Part shown: one piece after another, positions 1 to 9,286 of the stretch | Layout of the letters: each line of letters opens with the position of its first letter | Position numbering within the stretch: the first letter of the stretch is position 1 | Origin: a virus | Reading direction: 5' to 3' (one strand) | Length of the DNA: 64,000 nucleotides | Virus record (IMG/VR): IMGVR_UViG_3300021437_000002 | The notes under the pieces: model-generated | Told to the model about the DNA's origin: nothing | The model's input: the letters and a program-made list of their open reading frames with translations, nothing else | The model's database searches: none | Position numbers and translations under genes: made by a program

Positions 1-479
1 AGGACATCATCTTACAGCGGCGCATGATCGTTGCGCGCGCGCGCGTCCAGGGCATCACCGAGCAAGGCATCGTGAAATCCCTGGAGAAGCAAGGGTTCAT
101 CAATCCAAAGACCGGAGTGGCATGGACGCACGTCACGATCCATACCGATATCAAGGCCATCGAGAAAGCCTGGCGCGAGGAGATGCTGAAAGCCACCTCC
201 GAACACAAGGCCCGCATCCTGGCTGAGTTGGCGGAGGTCAAGCGCCGGGGCTGGTCCGAGGGTGATATAGACCTTGTGCTCAAGGCCCTGGCGCAGGAAC
301 GGGCGGTGATCGGAGCGGATGCGCCGACCAAGATCACAGAGACCGATGAGAAGGGGCGTTCAATTTATTATTTTCCTGATGACGTGCCGACGGCAGCAGC
401 CTGGACAGAAAAGTTTGCGCCGATCACAAACAGTGACGATCTGGATAAGTGCGTAAATGGGAACGGCACCGTTCACTAA
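1..479 (+). CDS. terminase small subunit-like DNA-binding protein, 5' end probably outside window
   Basis: Frame is open from nt 3 to the stop at 479 (ORF track 24..479). HTH-like N-terminus (GITEQGIVKSLEKQGF). Overlaps and directly precedes the large terminase gene. Confidence 0.5.
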   Translation, partial: DIILQRRMIVARARVQGITEQGIVKSLEKQGFINPKTGVAWTHVTIHTDIKAIEKAWREEMLKATSEHKARILAELAEVKRRGWSEGDIDLVLKALAQERAVIGADAPTKITETDEKGRSIYYFPDDVPTAAAWTEKFAPITNSDDLDKCVNGNGTVH

Positions 480-1872
480 CGAGCATCCCGTCACTGTGTG
501 GGCACCGAATCCGGGGCCGCAGTGGGCGCTGTTAGCCTGCCCGGTAGAGGATGTTTTCTTTGGCGGACAACGCGGGGGCGGCAAGAGCGTCGGACTTTTG
601 ATGCATTTTGCCAAGCGAGCTGACCGCTATAAAAAGCATGCGCGTGGCGTTTTGATGCGTCGTTCATACCCAGAACTCGAAGAGATTGAGTATCTTGCTT
701 CACTGATCTACCCAGGCATGGGGGCCAGGTGGTTCGCCTCCCGCCACCGCTGGCAATGGCCTAATGGTGCCTCTCTCCGGCTGCGGTATCTGAAGAGAGA
801 CGAGGACGCTCAGCAGTACCAGGGGCAAAGCTTTACCGATCTGCTACTTGACGAGATTACTCAATGGGCGAGCCCGCAACCGCTTGATTATCTCCGGGCC
901 TGTCTGCGATCTGCGGCGGGGGTGCCCTGCGTTCTCCGTGCGAGCGGTAATCCTGGCGGTCCCGGACATAATTGGTGCAAAGCTCGCTATATTGATCCTG
1001 CCCCCCCCTGGCGCGTGCATATTGATAATCAGGAATTGCCAGACGGCACGACGGCTGAGGTGGCGCGTGTCTTCGTCCCATCAGCAATGGAAGACAACCC
1101 GCAACTTATGAAAAATGATCCCAACTATTGGCAGCGGGTCGCTCTTGCGGCCGGTGGGCGTGAGGACCTGCTGAAAGCCTGGCGCTATGGGATCTGGGAT
1201 ATTGTCGCGGGGGGCGCGCTAGACGATCTGTGGAACCCGGCTGTTCATGTTGTTGAGCCATTCCCTATCCCTTCTTCGTGGTTCGTCAATCGGAGCTTTG
1301 ACTGGGGTTCATCCGCGCCGTTCTCGGTGTGCTGGTGGGCGGAGTCTGACGGGACGACGGCGCCGAACGGGCGGGTGTATCCTCGGGGAACTCTCTTTCA
1401 TATTGCCGAGTGGTACGGATGCACGAAACCAAATGAAGGCGTCCGCATGCTTGCCTCTGAAGTTGCCCGCGGCATTGTCAAGATAGAGAAAGACTTGCCG
1501 TATCGCGTGCAGCCGGGTGCCGCTGATGCAAAAATCTTCAGTGCTGAAAACGGGGTCTGCATTGCCGACGATATGGCACGAGTAGGCGTGCCCTGGCAGT
1601 GCGCAGATAATTCTCCCGGAAGCCGGGCAACCGGACTTGAACGCCTGCGACAGTATCTTATGGCGTCGCTTCAGTTTCCTCTGGAATCACCAGGGCTTTT
1701 CGTCTTCTCGACTTGTCGGCATTTTATCCGTACTGTTCCGGTGTTGCCGCGTGATGAGCGAAATCCCGACGATGTCGATACCGGGGCAGAAGATCATATT
1801 TACGATGCGACACGCTACAGACTTATGTCCCCGCGTCGGCAGATCGGCACAGCCCGGATACAGGGAGTGTAA
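457..1872 (+). CDS. terL: terminase large subunit
   Basis: 471 aa. Walker A-like FFGGQRGGGKSVG near the N-terminus and an acidic nuclease-like C-terminal part (DTGAEDHIYDATRY). Sits between the small terminase-like and portal genes. Confidence 0.9.
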   Translation: MGTAPFTNEHPVTVWAPNPGPQWALLACPVEDVFFGGQRGGGKSVGLLMHFAKRADRYKKHARGVLMRRSYPELEEIEYLASLIYPGMGARWFASRHRWQWPNGASLRLRYLKRDEDAQQYQGQSFTDLLLDEITQWASPQPLDYLRACLRSAAGVPCVLRASGNPGGPGHNWCKARYIDPAPPWRVHIDNQELPDGTTAEVARVFVPSAMEDNPQLMKNDPNYWQRVALAAGGREDLLKAWRYGIWDIVAGGALDDLWNPAVHVVEPFPIPSSWFVNRSFDWGSSAPFSVCWWAESDGTTAPNGRVYPRGTLFHIAEWYGCTKPNEGVRMLASEVARGIVKIEKDLPYRVQPGAADAKIFSAENGVCIADDMARVGVPWQCADNSPGSRATGLERLRQYLMASLQFPLESPGLFVFSTCRHFIRTVPVLPRDERNPDDVDTGAEDHIYDATRYRLMSPRRQIGTARIQGV

Positions 1873-1924
1873 TTCATGTTCCTTTTAGTGCCCCTTGCGT
1901 GGGCCTTCGATCACGGAGGCCCCC

Positions 1925-3472
1925 ATGCCAGGCGTCACCTCACAGCACAAGCAGTATATCCAGATGCTCCCGCTCTGGAGCCGCGTCCGCGATTGCGAAG
2001 AAGGAGAGGACACGATCAAGCTCCGAGCGACGTTGTACCTGCCGCGCCTGAGCGGACAAAGCCATGAGGACTACAAGCGCTTTCTCGATCGGGCCGACTA
2101 CTATAATGGCACGGGCCGCACGATTGACGGACTACATGGCGCCATTTTCCGCCAGCCGCCGGTTATCCAGTGGCGCAAGCAACCGACCGGGGCGGAACAG
2201 TTTGACCCCGCGACGGAAGATGCACCGAAGACCTTCTCGGGTTCCTCCCTCGAGCAGACCCAGGAAGAGCGCTGGGAAGAGAATATCACCCTCTCTGGCG
2301 TCCCTCTCCAAACCTTCATTAAAAAGACTCTGCGGGAAATCCTTATCACCGGGCGCTACGGCATTCTGGTCGATATGCCGCAGGATGGCGATCAACAGTG
2401 CTACCTGTGCGGCTACAACGCGGAATCAATCATCAACTGGCGCGAGGTGAAAACGGGCGGGGTGACAAAACTGACGCTGGTCGTCTTGGAAGAGACCCAG
2501 GAAACGATTGACGCAGACGGCTTCGGTGTGACGGAGAGCATCATCTATCGCGTGTTGGATCTGGACGAGTCCGGCTTCTACCGCGTGCGGATTTTTGTCT
2601 ACAACGAAGGCGACAAGGAATGGGTACTGAGCAGTCAGTTTGCACCGACACGCCTCAATCAGCGACTCGACTTTATTCCTTTCCTTTTCGATGGGGTGAC
2701 GGATCTGACGCCAGCGGCAGAGATCCCGCCGCTGCTTGACCTGGCCAATACGAACCTCACGCATTACCGGACTGCGGCGGATTATCAAAATGCCTTACAC
2801 TTTACCTCCTTGCCGCAACCCTGGGTATCGACGACAGACCGTCAACACGTGCTCGCGATCGGCGGCACAACCGCATGGCTGCTCAATCCTGGCGACCAGG
2901 CCGGCTACCTGGAGTTTTCCGGGCATGGTATCGGGGCGATCAAGGATAGCCTCACTAGTGGTGAGAACCAGATGGCACGGCTTGGCGCCGAACTGCTGGA
3001 ACACGCAAAGGAAGGCGTCGAAGCGGCAGAGACGGTCCGCTTGCGGCAGTCAGGCCGGGCCTCGGTGCTGAGCAATATCGCCAACACATCGAGCCTGGCG
3101 TTCACCAAGGCACTGAAGTGGCTGGTCTGGTGGTCGAACTATGACGAAACTGATGTGCAGGTGAAGATCAACGATGAGTTTATCGAGCAGCGGCTCTCGC
3201 CACAGGATTTGATTGCCTTGACAAATTCCTGGATGATGCGGGCGGTGTCGCGTGACACCCTGCTCTATAATATCAAGCGCGGTGGCGTCATGCCGGAAGA
3301 CCGGACCATTGCGGATGAGAAGGCGCTGATTGATGCCGAGACGGTCACGCCAACGAGCCCGGCATTGCCGCTGGATCAGCAGCCGTTGGGCCAGCCGGGG
3401 CAGCCGCCGCCCCGGCCGCTAAGTGTCGGCGTGCGGGGGAATATCTCGGGGGTGGATGCCTTCGGACAATAG
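1925..3472 (+). CDS. portal protein
   Basis: About 515 aa directly after terL. GGAGG lies 7 nt before the ATG at 1925. Size, position and N-terminal KQYIQMLPLWSRVRDCEEGEDTIK...LYLPRL resemble DUF4055-type portals. Confidence 0.8.
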   Translation: MPGVTSQHKQYIQMLPLWSRVRDCEEGEDTIKLRATLYLPRLSGQSHEDYKRFLDRADYYNGTGRTIDGLHGAIFRQPPVIQWRKQPTGAEQFDPATEDAPKTFSGSSLEQTQEERWEENITLSGVPLQTFIKKTLREILITGRYGILVDMPQDGDQQCYLCGYNAESIINWREVKTGGVTKLTLVVLEETQETIDADGFGVTESIIYRVLDLDESGFYRVRIFVYNEGDKEWVLSSQFAPTRLNQRLDFIPFLFDGVTDLTPAAEIPPLLDLANTNLTHYRTAADYQNALHFTSLPQPWVSTTDRQHVLAIGGTTAWLLNPGDQAGYLEFSGHGIGAIKDSLTSGENQMARLGAELLEHAKEGVEAAETVRLRQSGRASVLSNIANTSSLAFTKALKWLVWWSNYDETDVQVKINDEFIEQRLSPQDLIALTNSWMMRAVSRDTLLYNIKRGGVMPEDRTIADEKALIDAETVTPTSPALPLDQQPLGQPGQPPPRPLSVGVRGNISGVDAFGQ

Positions 3473-3663
3473 GATGCACTATAAGCAGGCAGGAAAGAAA
3501 CAGATCGTTGCAATCTCACGCAAGCAACGGAAAAAAGACCTGGGGTATTTTCTCTCCGTGCAGGGTCGTACTGAGAGCACAGGGTATTCGATCATCTTCA
3601 TTCTTGGACCGATCTATCATCGGGAGCACGATTCTGCCATCGGGCAGTAAGAGGAAAATTGCA

Positions 3664-3942
3664 ATGAGCCAAACAAGGGCTGAGATATACTTTCATCGCT
3701 ACTTCATATTTGGGAAGTATGCTAACGGCGTGCATGTTGATGTGGCTGATAGTGAGGGAGACGTAGTGACGTATGTGATAAGGGAAGAGGCAGACCGCCT
3801 CATTTGCGAGAGAAACAAAATTATTGATGCATTTGATAGGGTATTAAATTTTGTCATAGACGAAGGGCTGGGGATGGGAAAAGAAGAGCTGTGGGAAAAT
3901 ATTTCCTCTCGTATGCGAGGCGGAGATGCCAACCACGACTGA
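3664..3942 (+). CDS. hypothetical protein (AT-richer accessory cassette)
   Basis: Internal ATG of ORF 3508..3942, preceded by AAGAGGA. The region is visibly AT-richer than the flanks. Confidence 0.45.
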   Translation: MSQTRAEIYFHRYFIFGKYANGVHVDVADSEGDVVTYVIREEADRLICERNKIIDAFDRVLNFVIDEGLGMGKEELWENISSRMRGGDANHD

Positions 3943-4279
3943 GGCCGAAGTGGAAAAAGTGAAAGTTGGCATCGCTGCCTATGCCCACGAACAGCTCGTG
4001 GTTCTTCGCATACTCAGAAAACATGGGGAGCTGACCGAGAGAGATTTTGACCGTATTTTCTCTGATTTCAAGAGCACGGTGGGAAGCGACGGAATGACAA
4101 GAAGATCCTTCAGAAAACCGAAGATGAGATTTTGTCCTACTACTGGAGATTCTTTCCTTCTTGGCGGATTTCCACAACGCACCCGTGATCAGTGGCTGCA
4201 TCTTACGCAGTTGATGTGTCTCTGTGGCCTCGTGAAAATCAAAACCGAAAATGGACTTGTGGTGTACTCAGCACCATGA
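3926..4279 (+). CDS. hypothetical protein
   Basis: 117-aa ORF that overlaps its neighbours in operon style. Confidence 0.45.
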   Translation: MPTTTEAEVEKVKVGIAAYAHEQLVVLRILRKHGELTERDFDRIFSDFKSTVGSDGMTRRSFRKPKMRFCPTTGDSFLLGGFPQRTRDQWLHLTQLMCLCGLVKIKTENGLVVYSAP

Positions 4280-4371
4280 ATGTCAATTCTCATCTGCTCG
4301 ATAGTACGCTCGCGCGTGCCGTCACGCGTGAACGCGTGACCTCGTGCGCGACAACTCAAATGCCAGTGTGA
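4276..4371 (+). pseudogene. remnant copy of the 5' end of the head morphogenesis gene
   Basis: Encodes MNVNSHLLDSTLARAVTRERVTSCAT..., matching MTVNSDLLDSTLARAVTLER plus the later gtgacctcgtgcgcgac segment of gene 5082. Stops after 31 codons. Confidence 0.55.
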
Positions 4372-4478
4372 GCGTTTTTATGCTGACTCGAGGGAAGCCG
4401 TAGTGGATGCTGGGCAGGGACTTGGGAGCCGGCATGGTCAGCGTGAATGATGCGCTGGGGCAGTAAACGGGGGGACGT

Positions 4479-4850
4479 ATGTCTTCGGAAAGTGATATTG
4501 TTTTGGATGCGAAAGCGGTGTTGACACGCGCCGGTAAAATTCTTACCCAAGGGGCTCTGCCCTCTGACTGGCAAACCCACGGCGCCAATTGTGTCTTTTG
4601 TGCCTGCGCGTTAGCAAAGACACAATTGGATGAGGAGTGTGATACTGGCGTATCGGTTGCACATGCCCTTGCGGATTTTTTTTCTGGACACGTAACAGAA
4701 GAGCCGACAGATGCTCCCCTGACGCAGGCAACTCACGCGCTCATTCTGGCACTGCCCTTGTACAGGGAATTGGGATGTATTGAGATGGCCTCGCTCACCC
4801 AACAGGGTGCGCTCATGGTGATACAGCAAGCCTATGAACTCTGTGAATGA
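4479..4850 (+). CDS. hypothetical protein
   Basis: 123-aa ORF with no recognisable motif. Confidence 0.45.
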   Translation: MSSESDIVLDAKAVLTRAGKILTQGALPSDWQTHGANCVFCACALAKTQLDEECDTGVSVAHALADFFSGHVTEEPTDAPLTQATHALILALPLYRELGCIEMASLTQQGALMVIQQAYELCE

Positions 4851-5085
4851 TGCCCTCCTCACGAGCACCCTCTCCCGCGCGATCACCGAAGGAAGGAATA
4901 ATATGCGAGCAAGATGGTTGCTTGATGGTTCGCTTGTACTAAGCGATTTACCAATAAAATCCCCTGGACGACCGCGAAAGACTGTCCAGATAACAAGAGA
5001 AGAAGCCCGAGATACAACCAAGTGGCATGCAGCTAAGACAAAGGCCCGGAAGGAAAAGCGAGACCTAGAGTTACTACCACAATGA
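4834..5085 (+). CDS. hypothetical protein whose N-terminus duplicates the morphogenesis protein N-terminus
   Basis: MNSVNDALLTSTLSRAIT resembles MTVNSDLLDSTLARAVT. The stop overlaps the ATG of gene 5082 (ATGA). Confidence 0.45.
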   Translation: MNSVNDALLTSTLSRAITEGRNNMRARWLLDGSLVLSDLPIKSPGRPRKTVQITREEARDTTKWHAAKTKARKEKRDLELLPQ

Positions 5086-7313
5086 CCGTCAATTCTGATC
5101 TTCTTGACAGTACCTTAGCGCGCGCGGTCACCCTGGAACGCTTGACCGCCGGCGAGCGGCACGAAGTGCTTCGCATCCTCACGCAGCTTGAGCGTGACCT
5201 CGTGCGCGACCTGGAACGCTCCGGCCTGACGACTTTTCGGCGTGATCGACTCACCGCCTTGCTTTCACAGGCCAGAGAGACCATCCGCCTTGCCTATCGG
5301 GATATCCGCGACAGCCAGCAGGCGAACATGCAGGACCTCGCAGACCTCGAATCCACCTGGACAGTGCGGGCGCTCAATACCGCGATCGACGTTGACGTGG
5401 CCTCCGTCGCGTGGTCTCCGCAGCAGTTGCGCACGCTGGTCAGCACCGTAATGATTGACAACGCCCCGAGCGCCGAGTGGTGGGCGAAACAGGCTGGTGC
5501 CCTGAGTCAGCGATTCTCGGAGATCATCCGTCAGGGTATGCTGCGTGGGGATTCGCTCTCAGACCTGACCCGTGCGGTTCGTGGCACGCGCGAGAACGGA
5601 TTTACGGACGGGATTATGCAGGTGCCGACCTATCAGGCGGAGGCACTCATTCACAGTTCCATTTCGACCGTTGCGCAAGAAACGCGCCTCGCAACCTTCC
5701 GTGCTAACAGCGATGTGGTCAAGTCTGTGATGTGGCTCTCGGTGTTGGATGGGCGGACAACGATCGAGTACTGCATCCCGCGGTCACGCAAGCTCTACAC
5801 GCTCGATGGGCAGCCGATCGGGCATAGTCTGCCGTGGGACGGCGGCCCTGGAAGAATTCACTGGCGCGCCATTTGTAGCGGAACACTGATTACCACCGCC
5901 CGAGGTGACGTGCCGATTGAGCGGGTCAAAGTCGGTGAGCAGGTTTTAACGCACCACGGGCGATTTGCTGCCGTTACTGCGTGCAGATCGCAGAACTTCA
6001 AGGATGGGATCATTCGGATTATCCACACGGAATCCGGTCGGATTCTCAGGGCATCTGATGACCACCCGGTATTGGTGTCTGGTCGTGGCTGGAAATTCAC
6101 TGGGGCAGTGAAAGTCGGAGAATACCTTTTCGGCAATACGGAAAAGTTTCCCGTAGTAACTCGTGGTCAATCCCCTATCGGCGCGGCATCGGAAAATTGT
6201 CCACCCTGCATTGACAAGGGCGAGATCGCGCTGAAGCGAGCGATTCAGCTTGTGGCCCCCAACGTCGATTTCAAAGGCGATCAGGAGGTCTGGTCTCGCG
6301 AAGTCGAGGATAGCGCAATCGATTTGATATTGCGTGATCCACCGACAATCGAAGACCAGGGCCGCTTGCATTATTTGCTCGCGCTGGCTGAGGCGCTGGA
6401 GCAATTGGGGCGCTACGGCTTTCGCAATCTTTTGTCGGACATGCTGAGGGATGGTGCTACCTCTATGCCGTTGGCTCATCCTTTTATAGACCCCATGCCG
6501 TCGTTTAGTCTCGTCAGAGCGCTCAATAACGCCGGGCATGTGCATAGGATTATGGGCGATCATGCGGGCAGAATGGGCAGCCAGGGCGGGGTGAGTTTCT
6601 TTCGTGAGTCCCCAAGACCAATGCTGTTGACCGGCAGGAAATACCCTATTCCCATTAGCGCAGTCAACCAGAGCTTGTTCTCTTCTGGATCTGGTGGGGA
6701 TGTTGTTATACCTCGCGTATCTGGAAAGGGTTCCGTTCGCCAGGTTGTGTTTCCGTTCGATAGCACGGAGAGAATGACCATTTGTGATGTGTTCAGTGAG
6801 AATGAGCATCCGATGGGAAAGGTTTTCTTTGGGCATGATCGTATCGTAGCACTGGAAGTGCAGACATACAATGGCCGCGTGTTCGACCTTGAAGTACAAG
6901 GCGATTGCTCGTATGTGGCCTCTGGCATTGTCGTCTCAAACTGTCGCAGTCAGGCCGTGCCAGTAACCAAGTCATGGCAGGAATTGAGTGGCCGCCCACT
7001 TCAGCAAGCAGACGGCCAGACGCTGGACCGGCTCTTTCAGCAGAACTTGCGAGACCGGGGCTGGAGTGAGGAGCGGATCGCGACGGCAAGAAGGAATCAA
7101 CAAGCTTCCATGAATGGGCAGGTGAGCGCCTCGCTGAGCTATCAAGACTGGTTCAAGACCCAGGGCAAAGATTTTCAACTTGAAGTGTTGGGGCGCGGAA
7201 GATATGATTTGTACTCGCAAGGGAAACTGACGGACTTGACTGACCTGGTAAGCCAGCGCGGCAATCCGCTAACGGTGCGGGAACTGAAACAGCAGTACGG
7301 AGTAGCAGCGTAA
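5082..7313 (+). CDS. head morphogenesis protein (Mu F / SPP1 gp7 type) interrupted by an in-frame intein
   Basis: 743-aa ORF downstream of the portal gene. The exteins total 387 aa. The junction reconstitutes ...IHWRAI|CRSQ, resembling the family HxxCRC motif. Confidence 0.8.
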   Translation: MTVNSDLLDSTLARAVTLERLTAGERHEVLRILTQLERDLVRDLERSGLTTFRRDRLTALLSQARETIRLAYRDIRDSQQANMQDLADLESTWTVRALNTAIDVDVASVAWSPQQLRTLVSTVMIDNAPSAEWWAKQAGALSQRFSEIIRQGMLRGDSLSDLTRAVRGTRENGFTDGIMQVPTYQAEALIHSSISTVAQETRLATFRANSDVVKSVMWLSVLDGRTTIEYCIPRSRKLYTLDGQPIGHSLPWDGGPGRIHWRAICSGTLITTARGDVPIERVKVGEQVLTHHGRFAAVTACRSQNFKDGIIRIIHTESGRILRASDDHPVLVSGRGWKFTGAVKVGEYLFGNTEKFPVVTRGQSPIGAASENCPPCIDKGEIALKRAIQLVAPNVDFKGDQEVWSREVEDSAIDLILRDPPTIEDQGRLHYLLALAEALEQLGRYGFRNLLSDMLRDGATSMPLAHPFIDPMPSFSLVRALNNAGHVHRIMGDHAGRMGSQGGVSFFRESPRPMLLTGRKYPIPISAVNQSLFSSGSGGDVVIPRVSGKGSVRQVVFPFDSTERMTICDVFSENEHPMGKVFFGHDRIVALEVQTYNGRVFDLEVQGDCSYVASGIVVSNCRSQAVPVTKSWQELSGRPLQQADGQTLDRLFQQNLRDRGWSEERIATARRNQQASMNGQVSASLSYQDWFKTQGKDFQLEVLGRGRYDLYSQGKLTDLTDLVSQRGNPLTVRELKQQYGVAA
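5874..6941 (+). mobile_element. intein (356 aa)
   Basis: Starts CSGTLITTARGDVPIERVKVGEQV (block A). Contains ILRASDDHPVLV (block B). Ends VFDLEVQGDCSYVASGIVVSN followed by a +1 Cys at 6942. Confidence 0.85.
5946..6836 (-). CDS. putative free-standing homing endonuclease (HTH + Vsr/DUF559-like nuclease), antisense inside the intein
   Basis: Uninterrupted antisense ORF 5946..6899, with a likely ATG at 6836. Contains GHSLRAIERKHNLANGTLSRYARYNNI and CAILDFARPDLLIAFEIDVGGHKLNRSLQRDLALVNAGWTIFRC. Confidence 0.5.
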   Translation of the reverse strand: MPKENLSHRMLILTEHITNGHSLRAIERKHNLANGTLSRYARYNNIPTRSRREQALVDCANGNRVFPAGQQHWSWGLTKETHPALAAHSARMIAHNPMHMPGVIERSDETKRRHGVYKRMSQRHRGSTIPQHVRQKIAKAVAPQLLQRLSQREQIMQAALVFDCRWITQYQIDCAILDFARPDLLIAFEIDVGGHKLNRSLQRDLALVNAGWTIFRCRADRGLTTSYYGKLFRIAEKVFSDFHCPSEFPATTRHQYRVVIRCPENPTGFRVDNPNDPILEVLRSARSNGSKSPVVR

Positions 7314-7324
7314 AGGAGATCCCC

Positions 7325-7528
7325 ATGACTCTTAATGTGACCGTAACCGCGCTCGACCAAATGACCGGCCAACACTGGAACGGCTCGGCCTTTGTGGATG
7401 CAACCCTGTATTATGCCACGCTTGCGGTGACGGCCGCCGGCAGTGTGGAACAGGGGCAGATCAATCTCACCTCCCTGGCGCCCTTCGGCTGGACGGTGAA
7501 CGATACAGGAACGTTGGCGATCGGGTAA
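7325..7528 (+). CDS. hypothetical protein
   Basis: 67-aa ORF with GGAG upstream. Confidence 0.4.
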   Translation: MTLNVTVTALDQMTGQHWNGSAFVDATLYYATLAVTAAGSVEQGQINLTSLAPFGWTVNDTGTLAIG

Positions 7529-7532
7529 AAGA

Positions 7533-7829
7533 ATGGGCACAATCTTCTATGCCGTCAATCCCGAAACACAAAAGGCATACGAACTCGGGAAGGGGAACTG
7601 GATCGCCTTGTGCAAAGAGAACGACGAGTGGACGGCGGATTGCTCTCGCTTTGAGGCAATCTTACAAAAGATTTCCGATGAAATACTAGGCACAGCAGAC
7701 CCAGAGTATAATGTAGAAATCGCAACGGCCTTGTGCGCTCTGGGTCCGTTCCTGCAGATTCGAGACGATCATGACGGCAGCAATCCAATAGCAGGACTGG
7801 AACTTGCCGGCAGTCGGTATAGGCCATGA
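7533..7829 (+). CDS. hypothetical protein
   Basis: 98-aa ORF in an AT-richer region. Confidence 0.45.
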   Translation: MGTIFYAVNPETQKAYELGKGNWIALCKENDEWTADCSRFEAILQKISDEILGTADPEYNVEIATALCALGPFLQIRDDHDGSNPIAGLELAGSRYRP

Positions 7830-7955
7830 CCGCTGGGGCGTGGGTAAAATCATGAGCGACAATAAAAGCCTTCTGCAAATCCTCTGTGAAAAATTCTAAC
7901 CTGCTGGAAGGATTCCAGTCATGCCCACGACCGCTATGCGGGCTCGAAGGAGATC

Positions 7956-8183
7956 ATGATGGCAGCAACGAACTTTGATTGTGGGGCCTTGAACGAGGCG
8001 ACCGTACAAAAAAGCGTCTACGACGGCAACGGCGTCTGGGCGGATTACGAGGATTGCTATGTGTACGAGGCCTATGCGCAGGTCAATCCTGCCGGGAATA
8101 TCCAGAATGCCTCAATCTCTCTGCGCGCGAACGCAGTGCTGACCTGGGCGAAGACCGATGCGCTGGTGCTGAGCATCCCGTAA
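7956..8183 (+). CDS. hypothetical protein
   Basis: 75-aa ORF preceded by AAGGAG. Confidence 0.4.
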   Translation: MMAATNFDCGALNEATVQKSVYDGNGVWADYEDCYVYEAYAQVNPAGNIQNASISLRANAVLTWAKTDALVLSIP

Positions 8184-8197
8184 AAGGTTGCTGTCTT

Positions 8198-8464
8198 ATG
8201 GTTCTTGAGAAGACGTTCAAGATGCCTTTTGGCACGCGCCATTTTAACTACAACCAGCGGGTCTGGATTGTGTATGAATCCGGCGCCCTGGCCTCTTATT
8301 GTTTTGGCAGATTGAGAGGCAAAGGCCGATGGGTCAGGGCATGGGTCCGCTACGACATAAAAAGAAGGGCAGTGCCAGACATACGGGATTGCGATGTGAC
8401 TGAAGAATTCTCGAAGGGTATACATAGAAAAGAGCCGTGGGATGAGCACGGATTTTCTCGATAA
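8198..8464 (+). CDS. hypothetical protein
   Basis: ATG at 8198 inside ORF 7979..8464. Confidence 0.35.
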   Translation: MVLEKTFKMPFGTRHFNYNQRVWIVYESGALASYCFGRLRGKGRWVRAWVRYDIKRRAVPDIRDCDVTEEFSKGIHRKEPWDEHGFSR

Positions 8465-8504
8465 AAAGAATCATCCCCGTGCTAAGCATTCCATGACGGG
8501 ATGA

Positions 8505-8840
8505 GTGTACTCCATGAACGAAAATAAACACAAACACATGCCCTTCGTCCATCGTCCTTTGCCTGACCTTCATAAAATACGGCTTACGGATATCGCTTTT
8601 GAGAGAATCGCGTTTCACAATCAGGTTATGCCGCATAGCCTTCGGAATCCGCAGAAAGGCCTTATCCGCGGGATGATCGAATTGAGCGGAAGAGCAATTA
8701 CCGTCAATAATGAGGATGTGCAGATCATGATTGTGTTGACTGATGAGGAAAAGGTGGAGTTCGCCGCGTTCGTCGCAAAAGTGGAGCGACGAATAAAAGT
8801 AAGCGGGACACGCAACATCACCGTTTTGGAAAGGAATTGA
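8505..8840 (+). CDS. hypothetical protein
   Basis: 111-aa ORF. Confidence 0.4.
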   Translation: MYSMNENKHKHMPFVHRPLPDLHKIRLTDIAFERIAFHNQVMPHSLRNPQKGLIRGMIELSGRAITVNNEDVQIMIVLTDEEKVEFAAFVAKVERRIKVSGTRNITVLERN

Positions 8841-9286
8841 ACACCACGCCTGACCCTCACTGCCCGACCTGCAGTACTGAGTTGATGGAGCATGAAGCGG
8901 GGCCGTGTCTTGACCTCTGGATTGCCTCATCCATTGGGCTGATTCCGTGCGATGCCTGGGAGCCAACGAACTTCGGCAGTGCTGGTGGACCTGCCTTTAT
9001 CAAGCGGTGTCAGCATGAGAATTGTTACTCAACAAAGACTCTCGGCTCAATGAATGGGATAGTCGGCGGGTGTCCACAGTTCTCCATAAACAGGGTCTGG
9101 GCCGACGATCTTATGGAAAAGGTATGGGAGATCGCCCCGCAATCGAGCGTCGAGCGCCATACCATCACGCTCTGGTGGCACGACGCAGAGCGTGGACTGT
9201 GCTCTCAGTTGATTGACGGCAATACTTTTCCGCTGCGTGTCTGCCGTACCTTCCTCTGGCTCAACGCGCAAAGGAAAGAGGCATGA
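8837..9286 (+). CDS. hypothetical Cys-containing protein
   Basis: 149-aa ORF with a TTG start overlapping the previous stop. The first ATG is at 8885. Confidence 0.4.
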   Translation: MNTTPDPHCPTCSTELMEHEAGPCLDLWIASSIGLIPCDAWEPTNFGSAGGPAFIKRCQHENCYSTKTLGSMNGIVGGCPQFSINRVWADDLMEKVWEIAPQSSVERHTITLWWHDAERGLCSQLIDGNTFPLRVCRTFLWLNAQRKEA

